Translations under genes and position numbers: made by a program
In this document: positions 18,854 to 29,262 of the stretch, one piece after another
Layout: every line of letters starts with the position of its first letter
How positions within the stretch are numbered: position 1 is the first letter of the stretch
The notes under the pieces: model-generated
What the model saw: only the letters and a program-made list of their open reading frames with translations
Databases searched by the model: none
Told to the model about the DNA's origin: nothing
Source: an uncultured Bacteroidales bacterium
GTDB lineage: Bacteria; Bacteroidota; Bacteroidia; Bacteroidales; VadinHA17
Direction: 5' to 3'
NCBI GenBank assembly: GCA_963813405.1
Contig: CAWEYU010000007.1
Span: 4,310 to 68,309, forward strand
DNA: 64,000 bases

Positions 18854-20032
18854 ATGGTAATAACGGGTTTGGAAATAATTCTTGATAAATTTCCAAAGGA
18901 ACTAAAAGGAAAGCGGATAGGAATATTGTGTCATGCTGCAAGCGTGACAAGAGATTATTCGCATATACTCGACATATTCTCTTCTAAATCTGAATGCAAA
19001 CTAACAGCGATTTTCGGACCGCAGCATGGACTTTTTGGTCAGACTCAGGACAATATGATTGAATGGTCAGGAGACATTCATCCTTTTTATAATGTGCCCG
19101 TTTTCAGTCTCTATGGTGAACACCGCAAGCCAACAGCTGATATGCTGGATCACATTGATGTCCTGCTTGCAGATCTTCAGGATGTCGGAGCACGATTGTA
19201 TACCTACGTCTGGACAATAAAGCAATGTATGGAAGCCTGTTCTGAGGCCGGGATTCCTGTCTGGATTCTCGACCGCCCAAATCCGATTGCAGCTATCGAT
19301 TTTGACGGTCCGGTCCTGAAAGAAAAATATTTCACTTTTGTCGGTGGTGCTTCCATTCCATTATGCCATCGTATGACCATTGGAGAAATGGCGATTTGGA
19401 TAAAAGAAAAACACGTAAAGAATTCCGATCTTACGGTAATCAATATGAGGGATTGGAACAGATCGATGATGTTTAACCACACCAGCCTTCCATGGGTGAT
19501 TCCCTCACCAAATATGCCGACTCTGAACACTGCAATAGTCTATCCGGGGACTGTATTAATTGAAACCTTAAATCTTTCTGAGGGAAGAGGTACTACGCTG
19601 CCATTTGAGCTGTTCGGCGCTCCCTTTATAAACACATCAGCCTTAAAAAAGAATTTAAACAGTAGAAAAATTAAGGGTTGTACTTTCCGGATCCATAATT
19701 TTATACCAACGTTTAATAAGTTCAGTAACATATTATGCAATGGACTACAGATTCATGTGACTGACATTGCCTTATTCAGGCCTGTTTTAACAGCTTTGGA
19801 GATATTAGATGCAATTATTGAGACTTCATCTGCTGGAGATTTGAAATTTAATGACCCACCTTATGAGTATGAATTCAAACTGATGCCTTTTGACATTCTT
19901 TCAGGTGATTCCCTTATGAGACAAACTCTTGTGAACCGTGGATCAGTTGAATCTGAAAAAGAGAGGTGGGCAGCGGAGATAGAGGAATTTACAAAAGAGT
20001 TCACCCAACTTGCAATGTACCCTGATAAATAA
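18854..20032 (+). CDS. DUF1343 family protein (exo-beta-N-acetylmuramidase NamZ-like)
   Basis: IGILCHAASV..., GPQHG, LADLQDVGARLYTYVWT and PSPNMPT motifs are characteristic of DUF1343. Confidence 0.8.
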   Translation: MVITGLEIILDKFPKELKGKRIGILCHAASVTRDYSHILDIFSSKSECKLTAIFGPQHGLFGQTQDNMIEWSGDIHPFYNVPVFSLYGEHRKPTADMLDHIDVLLADLQDVGARLYTYVWTIKQCMEACSEAGIPVWILDRPNPIAAIDFDGPVLKEKYFTFVGGASIPLCHRMTIGEMAIWIKEKHVKNSDLTVINMRDWNRSMMFNHTSLPWVIPSPNMPTLNTAIVYPGTVLIETLNLSEGRGTTLPFELFGAPFINTSALKKNLNSRKIKGCTFRIHNFIPTFNKFSNILCNGLQIHVTDIALFRPVLTALEILDAIIETSSAGDLKFNDPPYEYEFKLMPFDILSGDSLMRQTLVNRGSVESEKERWAAEIEEFTKEFTQLAMYPDK

Positions 20033-20038
20033 TTTGTG

Positions 20039-20066
20039 GTGCAAGTTGCAGGTTGCACGTTGCAGG
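20039..20066. repeat. (KTGCANG)x4 heptamer array / hairpin between convergent genes
   Basis: gtgcaag ttgcagg ttgcacg ttgcagg. GTGCAA 20039-20044 pairs with TTGCAC 20053-20058. Starts 7 nt after the NamZ-like stop. Confidence 0.75.
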
Positions 20067-20070
20067 GTTC

Positions 20071-20454
20071 TCATTCAAATAGCCCATCATCTCTTAGCAA
20101 GAGAAGAATTGCAGATTGCGGAACCACAATATACTTTTCTTTATTGAATTCAATTTCGATAGCGCTATTCTGCATATAGACAGCCTGATCGCCCTCTTTA
20201 GGCTGAAGAGGAACATATTTGGGTTCATCTGAACGATTCTTCCACGGCTCATCAGTGTCGTTTACCGATGGTATTGGATATCCAGGTCCGACTTTGAGTA
20301 CGTATCCTATTGACACTTTTTCATTCTCTGACACTCCGGGAGGCAGGAAAAGACCGCTTTTGGTCTTGGCTTGCGGCACCTTTGGTTTAATAAGAATCCG
20401 GTCTCCGACCACTATTAGTTTATGAAGATCTTTCTCATCCAGATTTACACTCAT
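20071..20454 (-). CDS. GroES-family (Cpn10-like) protein, stand-alone
   Basis: DRILIKPKVPQAKTKSGLFLPPG...GYVLKVGPG matches the Cpn10 fold signature. An extra insert is present and no groEL is adjacent. ATG at 20454. Confidence 0.7.
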   Translation of the reverse strand: MSVNLDEKDLHKLIVVGDRILIKPKVPQAKTKSGLFLPPGVSENEKVSIGYVLKVGPGYPIPSVNDTDEPWKNRSDEPKYVPLQPKEGDQAVYMQNSAIEIEFNKEKYIVVPQSAILLLLRDDGLFE

Positions 20455-20649
20455 AATCAATTCAATTATTAAACAAAAATATTATTTTATATACATATAT
20501 TGTATTGCATTAATTTAATAATTGTTAATATGCAATTTTCTTGTAATTATCGATTGATATCTGATTAACTTAAGTTGCTAGTTTTAAAATTTATTATAAT
20601 TTGGACAATGACAATTTCTTCCCTTCAATATTTCTTAACCCATCCCCAA

Positions 20650-20733
20650 CCCTTCCCTTAAGCATAAGGGAAGGGAGATCTAATTAATAATCATTGGTTT
20701 ACACCCCCTTCCCTTAACCTTAAGGGAAGGGGG
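20650..20733. repeat. Two direct copies of a CCCTTCCCTTAAG...CTTAAGGGAAGGG hairpin
   Basis: H1 is cccttccctta/agca/taagggaaggg (20650-20675). H2 is cccccttcccttaa/cc/ttaagggaaggggg (20704-20733). Flanking cccatcccc and ggggatgggg are also complementary. Confidence 0.85.
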
Positions 20734-20823
20734 ATGGGGAGATGGGTTCAGAAGATATCTAAGGAGAATGCAATTTATTTGAACTAAAATATTTAATTGC
20801 AACTTGAGTTAATTAATTGCTTT

Positions 20824-21438
20824 ATGAAAACTGATGATACATACAAAACCATAAAATCTGTATCGCAGGGTATTTATAAAGAAAAAGGAAGCCGGTTCAT
20901 TGGATTTGCAATACCTGTTTCATCGAAAGAAGATATAAAAGTGCTGCTGGAGGATTACCGGAAAAAATATCATGATGCCCGGCATCATTGCTATGCATAT
21001 CTCTTAGGATTTGAAAGAAACATCTGGAGAGCCAATGATGACGGCGAACCTTCAGGAACTGCAGGCAAGCCTATTCTGGGGCAGATAAATTCTTTTGGAC
21101 TTACAAATACCCTTATAGTTGTAATCAGGTACTTCGGTGGGACTCTTCTGGGTACGAATGGCTTAATAAATGCCTATAAAACAGCTGCTTATGAATCAAT
21201 CAGTAATGCTGAAATAATCGAGTGTACCCTAAAAGATTATTACAAAATTGATTTCCCCTATACTTCCATGAACAAGGTTATGAAGATTCTGAAAGATGAA
21301 AACATAGGTCAGACAGACCAGGTTTATGACCTGGATTGCAGCATTAAAATCAGTTTCAGGATTTCAGCAAAAGGAAAGATTATTAAAAAACTCTCTGGAA
21401 TCGAAGATTTAAAGCTCACTTTTCTGGAAACACGGTAA
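20824..21438 (+). CDS. YigZ/IMPACT family protein (UPF0029)
   Basis: KGSRFIGFAIPV, ARHHCYAY and NDDGEPSGTAGKPILGQI motifs. ATG 20824. Confidence 0.85.
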   Translation: MKTDDTYKTIKSVSQGIYKEKGSRFIGFAIPVSSKEDIKVLLEDYRKKYHDARHHCYAYLLGFERNIWRANDDGEPSGTAGKPILGQINSFGLTNTLIVVIRYFGGTLLGTNGLINAYKTAAYESISNAEIIECTLKDYYKIDFPYTSMNKVMKILKDENIGQTDQVYDLDCSIKISFRISAKGKIIKKLSGIEDLKLTFLETR

Positions 21439-21544
21439 ATCAGGTTCAAAAGTTTTTAATAATTATCAACATCATTGGATCTGTAGGCCAATTCTGATTA
21501 CTTTTGAATAAAGGTTAATCGTATCGGGTTAATACACTAAATTA

Positions 21545-22453
21545 ATGAAAAACAGGAGTTTAGTATCAATTGATGATTTTTCAACTGAAGATATTCTGAA
21601 GATTCTTAAGCTTGCTAAAGAGTTTGAGAATGAGCCAACACAAAAGCTGCTCGAAGGGAAGGTAATTGCGACACTTTTTTTTGAACCATCAACAAGAACA
21701 AGACTCAGTTTTGAAAGTGCAATAAACAGGCTGGGTGGGAAAATAGTTGGTTTTAGCGATTCATCAAGCACCAGCGTATCTAAAGGAGAAACCCTTAATG
21801 ATACAATCAGAATGGTTAACAGCTACTGTGATCTGATTGTGATGCGGCACCCTATTGAAGGGAGTGCCAGGTATGCAAGTGAAATAGCTACTGTTCCTGT
21901 AATAAATGCAGGTGATGGTGCAAACCAGCATCCGTCACAAACACTTCTCGACCTCTATTCAATAAATAAAACTCAGGGCAGACTCGAAAATCTCAACATT
22001 TTCCTGGTGGGTGATCTGAAATATGGACGGACAGTCCATTCATTAATGATGGCAATGTCAAGATGGAATGCTACATTTAATTTTATTTCTCCGGAAGAAC
22101 TTAAAATGCCTGAGGAATATAAAATATATCTCGACAATGCAGGGCTAAAATATTATGAACATACTGATTTTACAGATATCATTGCTAAAGCTGATATAAT
22201 TTATATGACTCGTGTTCAAAAGGAACGTTTTTCAGATCCTATCGAATATGAAAAGGTTAAGAATGTTTACGTTCTGCGTAATTCGATGTTGAAATACACA
22301 AAGCCAAATATGCGGATATTACACCCTCTGCCAAGGGTAAACGAGATTCACATTGATGTTGATAGTAATCCAAAGGCTTATTATTTTGAGCAGGCACTGA
22401 ACGGTGTATATACCCGGCAGGCAATTTTATGTTCACTTTTAGGAATCAGATAG
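21545..22453 (+). CDS. pyrB: Aspartate carbamoyltransferase catalytic subunit
   Basis: [30 protein letters not shown]. Followed by pyrI. Confidence 0.95.
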   Translation: MKNRSLVSIDDFSTEDILKILKLAKEFENEPTQKLLEGKVIATLFFEPSTRTRLSFESAINRLGGKIVGFSDSSSTSVSKGETLNDTIRMVNSYCDLIVMRHPIEGSARYASEIATVPVINAGDGANQHPSQTLLDLYSINKTQGRLENLNIFLVGDLKYGRTVHSLMMAMSRWNATFNFISPEELKMPEEYKIYLDNAGLKYYEHTDFTDIIAKADIIYMTRVQKERFSDPIEYEKVKNVYVLRNSMLKYTKPNMRILHPLPRVNEIHIDVDSNPKAYYFEQALNGVYTRQAILCSLLGIR

Positions 22454-22466
22454 AAAGGGTGGAATC

Positions 22467-22925
22467 ATGAAGGAACCGAAACAATTAAGCGTAAGTGCCA
22501 TACAGAACGGGACTGTCATAGACCATGTTCCTGCAGACACTTTATTCAAAGTTATTCAGATTCTAGGGCTGGACCGCATTGAGAACCAGATCACATTTGG
22601 TACTAATCTTGAAAGCAAGAAACTAGGCAGAAAAGCAATAATAAAAATCTCAGGAATATTCTTTGAAGACGCGGATATAAACAGAATAGCGTTAGTTGCT
22701 CCTGAAGCAAAACTAAATATTATCAAGGATTATGAGGTGGTAGAAAAACGTGTTGTGGAAGTTCCTGATAATATTACAGGAATTGCAAAATGTATGAATC
22801 CAAAGTGTATAACAAATTTTGAGGCTGTTACAACGAAATTTAAAGTCGTCTCTAAAAAGCATGTGGCACTAAAATGCCACTATTGCGAAAAGATAACAAC
22901 TCAGGATAATCTGCAGATAATATAG
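22467..22925 (+). CDS. pyrI: Aspartate carbamoyltransferase regulatory subunit
   Basis: IQNGTVIDH N-terminal motif. C-terminal zinc site CMNPKCITN...CHYCEK. Confidence 0.9.
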   Translation: MKEPKQLSVSAIQNGTVIDHVPADTLFKVIQILGLDRIENQITFGTNLESKKLGRKAIIKISGIFFEDADINRIALVAPEAKLNIIKDYEVVEKRVVEVPDNITGIAKCMNPKCITNFEAVTTKFKVVSKKHVALKCHYCEKITTQDNLQII

Positions 22926-22929
22926 ATAT

Positions 22930-23394
22930 TTATCTTAATCGGTCGTAGGACTTTACCAGTCGATCATCTCTGTTGATCCCGATATAGGCAAGGATAACGG
23001 CTACAAGAATAAGGACCGGAAAGACCATTTTAACACCCGGTATCAGAGCTGCATCATAGTTCTTCACCAGAATATAAGAATAAAATATAACCAGAATAAC
23101 CAGGCATAGCGACAGGCTTGTCAAAATCAGGCTTAATACTCGTTGTGTCCTTCTCGATTTGTACAGAAAGATAGTTATTAAGGAGAGAAGCATAATAATA
23201 ACAATAATTGCTGCCAGAGGGATTGAATTTCTGATTATCTCATTTCCGGAGTCCACGTGTTTATAAATTCCCGAAAATCCGACAAAAAATTTCTGCCCTG
23301 ATTTGTCTGCAAAATTTATTATGCTCCCTTTAATTAGTAACCCCGAGAAGGCGGCAGAAAGAAGCAGCCACATAGATTGTATACGCTGGATCAT
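22930..23394 (-). CDS. DUF4293 family membrane protein
   Basis: MIQRIQSMWLLLSA N-terminus and four TM segments, typical of the Bacteroidota DUF4293 family. Confidence 0.7.
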   Translation of the reverse strand: MIQRIQSMWLLLSAAFSGLLIKGSIINFADKSGQKFFVGFSGIYKHVDSGNEIIRNSIPLAAIIVIIMLLSLITIFLYKSRRTQRVLSLILTSLSLCLVILVIFYSYILVKNYDAALIPGVKMVFPVLILVAVILAYIGINRDDRLVKSYDRLR

Positions 23395-23632
23395 CGAAAT
23401 CAGATTTTGATACGAGCCAAAAATACTTCCTTTTCTTTAAATATAGATTACAGTGGGTATGCAAAAGCGAAACAGCTGGTTAATTAACTTTTTTTAACTA
23501 CTTGTTCCTCTTTCGTATTCTCAGTGATAACCCCAAGTTATATTCCTGATTATCTGATAGTAAAAGTCAATTTCACAATATTGAGCAAGTTTTGGAGGAA
23601 TTTCCCGGAGGCTGGAAAATTATTAATTTTCC

Positions 23633-23640
23633 TACATTTG
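23633..23640 (+). promoter_or_regulatory. Candidate -7 box TACATTTG upstream of the RND efflux operon
   Basis: TAnnTTTG match 110 nt upstream of ATG 23750. Confidence 0.3.
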
Positions 23641-23749
23641 TAAACTTAAAAAGAAATATGACCTTAATTGCTTTGAACAGCATGAATAGTTTAGTCAATC
23701 TGACCGGAGTCAAAAGAAAATATATTCTATTTCATTTATTACTTTCACT

Positions 23750-24853
23750 ATGAAGAATAAGGCACGATTGATAATAACCATCCTGATAATTTTACTGCTT
23801 TCTGGTGTGATTTTTTATCCAAAATTTAAGCCGCTGCTTGTCAAAAGTGTTAAAGGTTCCCGTAATGCGTCGGGCTTTGTCAGACAGGGCCAGCAAAAGT
23901 TGAATGCTGTAGGTTATGTTATTGTACCGACTCATATGAGTGAACTTATAAAACAAACTGGTCTTGTCAGACCTGATGAAGAGGTAGATTTATCATTTGA
24001 AACATCAGGGAAAATTGTAAAAATTAATTTTGCAGAAGGGGCCCATGTAAAGAAAGGAGATCTTCTCGCAAAAATTAATGATCTTCCGCTGCAGGCACAA
24101 CTCCAAAAACTTCAGGTCCAATTAAAAATGGCAGAAGCTAAAGAGTTCAGGCAAAGAAGTCTTCTCAATAAAGATGCAATAAGCCAGGAAAGCTACGATC
24201 AGATGTTAACTGATGTACAGTCGATAGAAGCTGATATTAATCTTATAAAGGCACGGATTAATGAAACTGAGCTCAGGGCTCCATTCGACGGGATTCTGGG
24301 TTTAAGATACCTTAGTGAGGGAAGCTACACAACATCTGCTACCAAGATAGTAAGGTTGTTGAAGATGGACCCTCTTAAGATAGAGTTCTCAGTTTCAGAA
24401 AAGTATTCTTCAGAAATCAGGATAGGATATCCTATTAGATTTATAGTCGATGATAAAACATATAATGCTACTGTTTATGCCATTGACCCAAAGATTGACA
24501 TTGATACAAAAGTGATAAACCTTCGTGCCCTTTATCCTAATAAAAATGAAGAGATTAAACCTGGAGGTTATACATCAGTAGAACTTGAATTGTCAAAAAT
24601 AGATAATGCTGTTTCAATTCCTACTGAAGCTGTTATTGCTGAAATGGATGGCGAAAAAGTCTACATCTATAAGCGGGGAAAAGCACAATCTGTAAAGATA
24701 AATATAGGTCTTCGGACAGAATCAAATATTCAGGTGACTGACGGGCTAAAATTCGGGGATACATTATTAATTACCGGTATCATGCAGTTAAGACAAAATC
24801 TTCCGGTAGTTCTCGACACTTTAATTGCCAATAAAAATCCGGAGTCAAAATGA
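23750..24853 (+). CDS. Efflux RND transporter periplasmic adaptor subunit
   Basis: N-terminal TM, lipoyl/hairpin/beta-barrel pattern (GDLLAKIND...APFDGILG). ATGA overlap with the permease gene. Confidence 0.9.
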   Translation: MKNKARLIITILIILLLSGVIFYPKFKPLLVKSVKGSRNASGFVRQGQQKLNAVGYVIVPTHMSELIKQTGLVRPDEEVDLSFETSGKIVKINFAEGAHVKKGDLLAKINDLPLQAQLQKLQVQLKMAEAKEFRQRSLLNKDAISQESYDQMLTDVQSIEADINLIKARINETELRAPFDGILGLRYLSEGSYTTSATKIVRLLKMDPLKIEFSVSEKYSSEIRIGYPIRFIVDDKTYNATVYAIDPKIDIDTKVINLRALYPNKNEEIKPGGYTSVELELSKIDNAVSIPTEAVIAEMDGEKVYIYKRGKAQSVKINIGLRTESNIQVTDGLKFGDTLLITGIMQLRQNLPVVLDTLIANKNPESK

Positions 24854-27800
24854 GTCTTGCATCAGTAAGTATAAACAGACCGGTCTTAGCAACAGTATTT
24901 GCTATTGTAATTCTTCTTTTTGGAGTTGTTGGAGTGACATTCTTAGGGATCCGTGAATTTCCGAGTGTTGATCCACCAATTATTTCTGTCAGAACCGAAT
25001 ACCCAGGCGCAAATTCCGATGTAATTGAAACCCAGATAACCGAACCTCTTGAACAATCAATAAACGGGATTCAGGGTATCCGTTCTTTGACCAGTGTAAG
25101 TCGTCAGGGAGGAAGTGAGATTACAGTCGAATTTCAGCTTTCTGTAGATATGGAGACTGCAGCAAATGATACAAGAGACAAAGTCTCTCAGGCAATGAGA
25201 ATGCTGCCTCGGGATTGTGATCCTCCTGTAGTCGCCAAAGCTGATGCGGATGCAAGTCCAATACTTCAACTTACAATTGAAAGCGATAAAAGATCTCTGC
25301 TTGAACTTTCAGAGATCGCAGAACTGACATTTAAAGAGCAATTACAGACTATTTCAGGAGTTAGTGCAGTAAGTATATTCGGACAGAAACGATATGCAAT
25401 GAGGCTTTGGCTGGATCCTGTTAAACTTGCAGGATACCAGATGACCCCCCTCGATGTCAGGAATGCAATTGCCCGCGAAAATGTCGAACTCCCATCAGGA
25501 AGTATTGAAGGTAATACCACACAGCTTACAATAAGGACCCTTGGGCTAATGTCCACTCCCAAAGAGTTCGACGACTTGATCCTGAAACAAAACGGAAACC
25601 AGATAGTACGTTTTAAAGATATTGGAAGAGCTGAACTGGGACCTGAAGATATAAGAGGAATCCTTAAAAGAGATGGAGTCCCGATGGTAAGTGATGTGAT
25701 TATACCTCAGCCAGGTTCGAACCAGATAGATATTGTGGATGAAGTTTATAAGAGGCTTGAATATATTAAGAAAGATTTGCCGGATGACGTTAAAGTCAAA
25801 ATCGCATTCGATAATACTCAATACATCAGAAAGTCAATAAAAGAAGTAAAGGATACTATTTATATTGCATTCGCACTTGTTGTGATTATTATCTACTTCT
25901 TTTTAAGAAGCTGGCGGGCAACTCTCATTCCTATACTGGTAATACCGGTCTCACTTATCGGAGCATTCTTTATTATGTACCTTGCCGGCTATTCCATAAA
26001 TGTACTTACACTTCTGGCAATTGTCCTTGCAATCGGAATTGTAGTGGATGATGCAATTGTCGTGATGGAAAACATATATGTAAAAGTAGAGAACGGATCG
26101 CCTCCTCTTCAGGCAGGACTCGAGGGATCCAAGGAAATCTATTTTGCCATAATTGCAACAACAATTACCCTGATTGCTGTTTTCTTTCCGATAGTTTTTC
26201 TTCAGGGAATAACAGGAAGATTGTTCCGTGAGTTTGCCATAGTAATGGCAGGAGCTATTGGTATATCTGCATTTCTTGCATTATCTCTTACGCCTATGGT
26301 TTCAACAAAGATGCTTCGGCGTGAAACAACACATAGCTGGTTCTACAGGAAAACCGATAAATTCTTTAACAGGCTTAACGAAGGTTACCGGAGAATGCTT
26401 GAAACTTTTCTGAACCATAGAAATGTTACTTTTCTGATTCTTATAGCGGCATTTGCTCTGATATTTCTTTTATGGAAATCTATTCCCGCTGAAATGGCTC
26501 CATTGGAAGACAGATCCCAGGTCACAATCAACACTACTTCCCAGGAAGGAGCAACATACGAATTTAACCTTGATTATATTGACGATATCGCCAAAACTAT
26601 AAATGACCTGGTTCCTGAACGTACCGGCGTGATTTCTATGATCAGAGGTGGTGGCGGAAATGCCCGGGTTACTCTTGTAAGTCCAAAAGAGAGAAATCGT
26701 TCGCAGCAGGAGATTGCCGATCAGCTTGGCACTGTACTCAGGAAAAAGACTAAAGCAAGGGCTATGGTTATGCAACAATCAACTTTTGGAGGCAGACGCG
26801 CAGGTATGCCAATTCAATACGTACTTCAGGCAACTACAATCGACAAACTAAGAAAAATTCTTCCGGCTTACATGGCAAAAGTCATGGATGATCCCATGTT
26901 CCAGATGGCTGATGTGAATCTGAAATTCACGAAACCGGAACTAAGAATTCATATTGACAGGGACAAAGCAAACGCGTTAGGAGTATCTACCCAGAATATC
27001 GGTCAGACTCTTCAGCTGGCCCTGAGTGGTCAGCGTTTCGGATACTTTTTTATGAATGGAAAGCAATATCAGATATTGGGCGATCTTAAAAGAGGTGATA
27101 GAAATAAACCTCTTGATCTTAAATCTTTGTACGTAAGAAATACTTCCGGAGATATGATCCAGTTCGATAATCTGGTAACTTTAACTGAGGAGACCGCCCC
27201 TCCGCAATTAAGCCGGTATAACAGATTTGTTTCAGCTACAATTTCCGCCGGTCTCGCACCAGGCAGGACAATTAGCCAGGGACTTGATGAAATGGATAAA
27301 ATTTCTAAAGAAACTCTCGATGACTCCTTCAGAACTGCTCTGGCAGGTGACTCGAAAGATTTTAAGGAGAGTTCCTCCAGCCTCATGTTTGCATTTATCC
27401 TTGCACTTATTCTCATTTTCCTTGTACTGGCTGCCCAGTTTGAAAGTTTTAAAGATCCGTTCATTGTTATGATGACTGTACCACTCGCCCTCACGGGAGC
27501 GCTCTTATTTATGTGGTATTTTAACATTACAATGAATATCTTCAGTCAAATTGGCATAATCATGCTTATTGGGCTGGTTACTAAAAACGGGATTTTAATT
27601 GTAGAATTTGCGAATCAGAGAAAGCATGCAGGAATGGCTAAAATGGATGCTATCAAATATGCTGCTGCATCGAGGTTCAGACCAATTTTGATGACAAGCC
27701 TTGCAACAATCCTGGGTATAATGCCACTTGCCCTGGGATTGGGTGAAGGCGCTCAAAGCCGCATTTCGATGGGTATAGCTGTTGTAGGCGGGATGTTCTT

Positions 27801-27885
27801 TTCTACATTTCTTACTCTTTTTGTCGTTCCGGCTATCTATTCTTTCATTTCCAGTGAAACTAAACCGAAAGCTGATGAAGCTTAG
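24850..27885 (+). CDS. Efflux RND transporter permease (AcrB/HAE1 family)
   Basis: 1011 aa, 12-TM architecture. SINRPVLATV N-terminus and VVDDAIVVMENI motif. Confidence 0.95.
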   Translation: MSLASVSINRPVLATVFAIVILLFGVVGVTFLGIREFPSVDPPIISVRTEYPGANSDVIETQITEPLEQSINGIQGIRSLTSVSRQGGSEITVEFQLSVDMETAANDTRDKVSQAMRMLPRDCDPPVVAKADADASPILQLTIESDKRSLLELSEIAELTFKEQLQTISGVSAVSIFGQKRYAMRLWLDPVKLAGYQMTPLDVRNAIARENVELPSGSIEGNTTQLTIRTLGLMSTPKEFDDLILKQNGNQIVRFKDIGRAELGPEDIRGILKRDGVPMVSDVIIPQPGSNQIDIVDEVYKRLEYIKKDLPDDVKVKIAFDNTQYIRKSIKEVKDTIYIAFALVVIIIYFFLRSWRATLIPILVIPVSLIGAFFIMYLAGYSINVLTLLAIVLAIGIVVDDAIVVMENIYVKVENGSPPLQAGLEGSKEIYFAIIATTITLIAVFFPIVFLQGITGRLFREFAIVMAGAIGISAFLALSLTPMVSTKMLRRETTHSWFYRKTDKFFNRLNEGYRRMLETFLNHRNVTFLILIAAFALIFLLWKSIPAEMAPLEDRSQVTINTTSQEGATYEFNLDYIDDIAKTINDLVPERTGVISMIRGGGGNARVTLVSPKERNRSQQEIADQLGTVLRKKTKARAMVMQQSTFGGRRAGMPIQYVLQATTIDKLRKILPAYMAKVMDDPMFQMADVNLKFTKPELRIHIDRDKANALGVSTQNIGQTLQLALSGQRFGYFFMNGKQYQILGDLKRGDRNKPLDLKSLYVRNTSGDMIQFDNLVTLTEETAPPQLSRYNRFVSATISAGLAPGRTISQGLDEMDKISKETLDDSFRTALAGDSKDFKESSSSLMFAFILALILIFLVLAAQFESFKDPFIVMMTVPLALTGALLFMWYFNITMNIFSQIGIIMLIGLVTKNGILIVEFANQRKHAGMAKMDAIKYAAASRFRPILMTSLATILGIMPLALGLGEGAQSRISMGIAVVGGMFFSTFLTLFVVPAIYSFISSETKPKADEA

Positions 27886-29191
27886 ATATATATGCTTGTT
27901 TCTGTTATTGTCCCTTTTTAAACAAGGTGGTTCTCAGGTGGTCTACTCTCTTAAGGATTGCATAGGAATAGGGCTTCAAAGAAATTATTCTATACTTATT
28001 GCCCGAAATAATGAAATTATCTCAAAGAATAATTACACAATTGGAAATGCCGGTTATCTTCCGTCACTTGGTCTGACAGGCAGGTACAATGGATCCGTTA
28101 CAAATACGACCCAGAATTTCGATACCACAGGACCATATATTACCAACGGTACACAGTCAAATTCCGGCAATGCAAATATATCTCTCGGCTGGACAATTTT
28201 TGACGGGTTCAGCGTTCAGACTACATACAAAAAACTGAATGAGCTGAAACTGCTTGGTGAGCTCAATACCCGTCAGACAATTGAGAATTATATTTCGACC
28301 TTGCTGGCTGTTTATTATGGATATATTCAGCAGGTTCAGCTTGTTAATAACGAAAAATATGCAGTTACACTTTCAAAAGAGCGATTGAGAATAGATGAAG
28401 AGAGGTATTTACTTGGTTCCAATTCTAAACTGCAGGTTCTTCAATCCAGAGTATACTTTAATGCAGACAGCTCTAGTCTTTCACGTCAGATTGAGGTGCT
28501 TAGGGCAACTCAGATAAGGCTGAATGAGCTAATGGCAGTGGAAGACATGGGCGCTCAGTTCTTATTGAAGGATACATCAATAATGGTAAAACCGGATCTC
28601 ATTTATGAAAAGCTTTTTGAAGAAACACTTAAATCAAACACCGGTTTACTGATTGCTTCAAAAAACAAAACTGTCTCAAACTACGATTATAAACTGGCTG
28701 TTTCTGCTACTTATCCATACCTCGATTTTTCGGCTGGTTACAACTATACACTCAGCACTCTTTCAACAAGTTTGTATAAAAACCAGTTGACTAACGGACC
28801 AAATTATGGTTTGATATTGGGTGTTAACATATTTAACGGATTTAACACCAGAAGGCAAATTGCAAATTCTGCTATCAATAAAAAATCCACTGAGCTAAAA
28901 TACCTGGAAACAGAACAGGGTGTGAAGGCAGACCTCATAACTATTTACAATGCATATAGCAACAATTTGAGGCTTATAACCCTGCAGGAACAGAATTTTG
29001 AAACTGCGACAGAGAATCTTTCGATAGCGATGGAAAAATACAAACTCGGTAATCTTTCCGGACTAGACCTTCGTGATGTTCAGAAAAGCCTTCTGGATGC
29101 CAAAGAGAGTCTTCTTTCAGTGCAGTATCAGGCTAAACTTGCTGAAATATCCTTATTGCAGATCGCAGGACGGATAATGGAATATTACTAG
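27875..29191 (+). CDS. TolC-family outer membrane efflux protein
   Basis: ATG 27875 (MKLRYICLFLLLSL signal). Duplicated TolC-like helical/beta repeats. Overlaps the permease stop by 11 nt. Confidence 0.85.
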   Translation: MKLRYICLFLLLSLFKQGGSQVVYSLKDCIGIGLQRNYSILIARNNEIISKNNYTIGNAGYLPSLGLTGRYNGSVTNTTQNFDTTGPYITNGTQSNSGNANISLGWTIFDGFSVQTTYKKLNELKLLGELNTRQTIENYISTLLAVYYGYIQQVQLVNNEKYAVTLSKERLRIDEERYLLGSNSKLQVLQSRVYFNADSSSLSRQIEVLRATQIRLNELMAVEDMGAQFLLKDTSIMVKPDLIYEKLFEETLKSNTGLLIASKNKTVSNYDYKLAVSATYPYLDFSAGYNYTLSTLSTSLYKNQLTNGPNYGLILGVNIFNGFNTRRQIANSAINKKSTELKYLETEQGVKADLITIYNAYSNNLRLITLQEQNFETATENLSIAMEKYKLGNLSGLDLRDVQKSLLDAKESLLSVQYQAKLAEISLLQIAGRIMEYY

Positions 29192-29238
29192 GTGCAGGGT
29201 GCAGGGTGCGGTGCAGGGTGCAAGGTGCTGGGTACTGG
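29191..29238. repeat. (GGTGCAG)-type degenerate heptamer array, ~7 units
   Basis: ggtgcag ggtgcag ggtgcg gtgcag ggtgcaa ggtgctg ggtactg, starting at the TolC stop codon. Same KTGCANG family as 20039-20066. Confidence 0.8.
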
Positions 29239-29246
29239 GAGTAAAT

Positions 29247-29262
29247 CCCCCCTTGAGGGGGG
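29247..29262. repeat. CCCCCC/TTGA/GGGGGG hairpin
   Basis: Perfect 6-bp G:C stem followed by caggagggtgt. Resembles the C-run/G-run hairpins at 43311, 45332 and 46643. Confidence 0.7.

Noticed and set aside
20071-20454. A stand-alone GroES-like gene as something novel.
   Set aside because: Cpn10-fold 'GroES family' singletons without groEL are common in Bacteroidota genomes. Nothing in the sequence or context suggests a new role.
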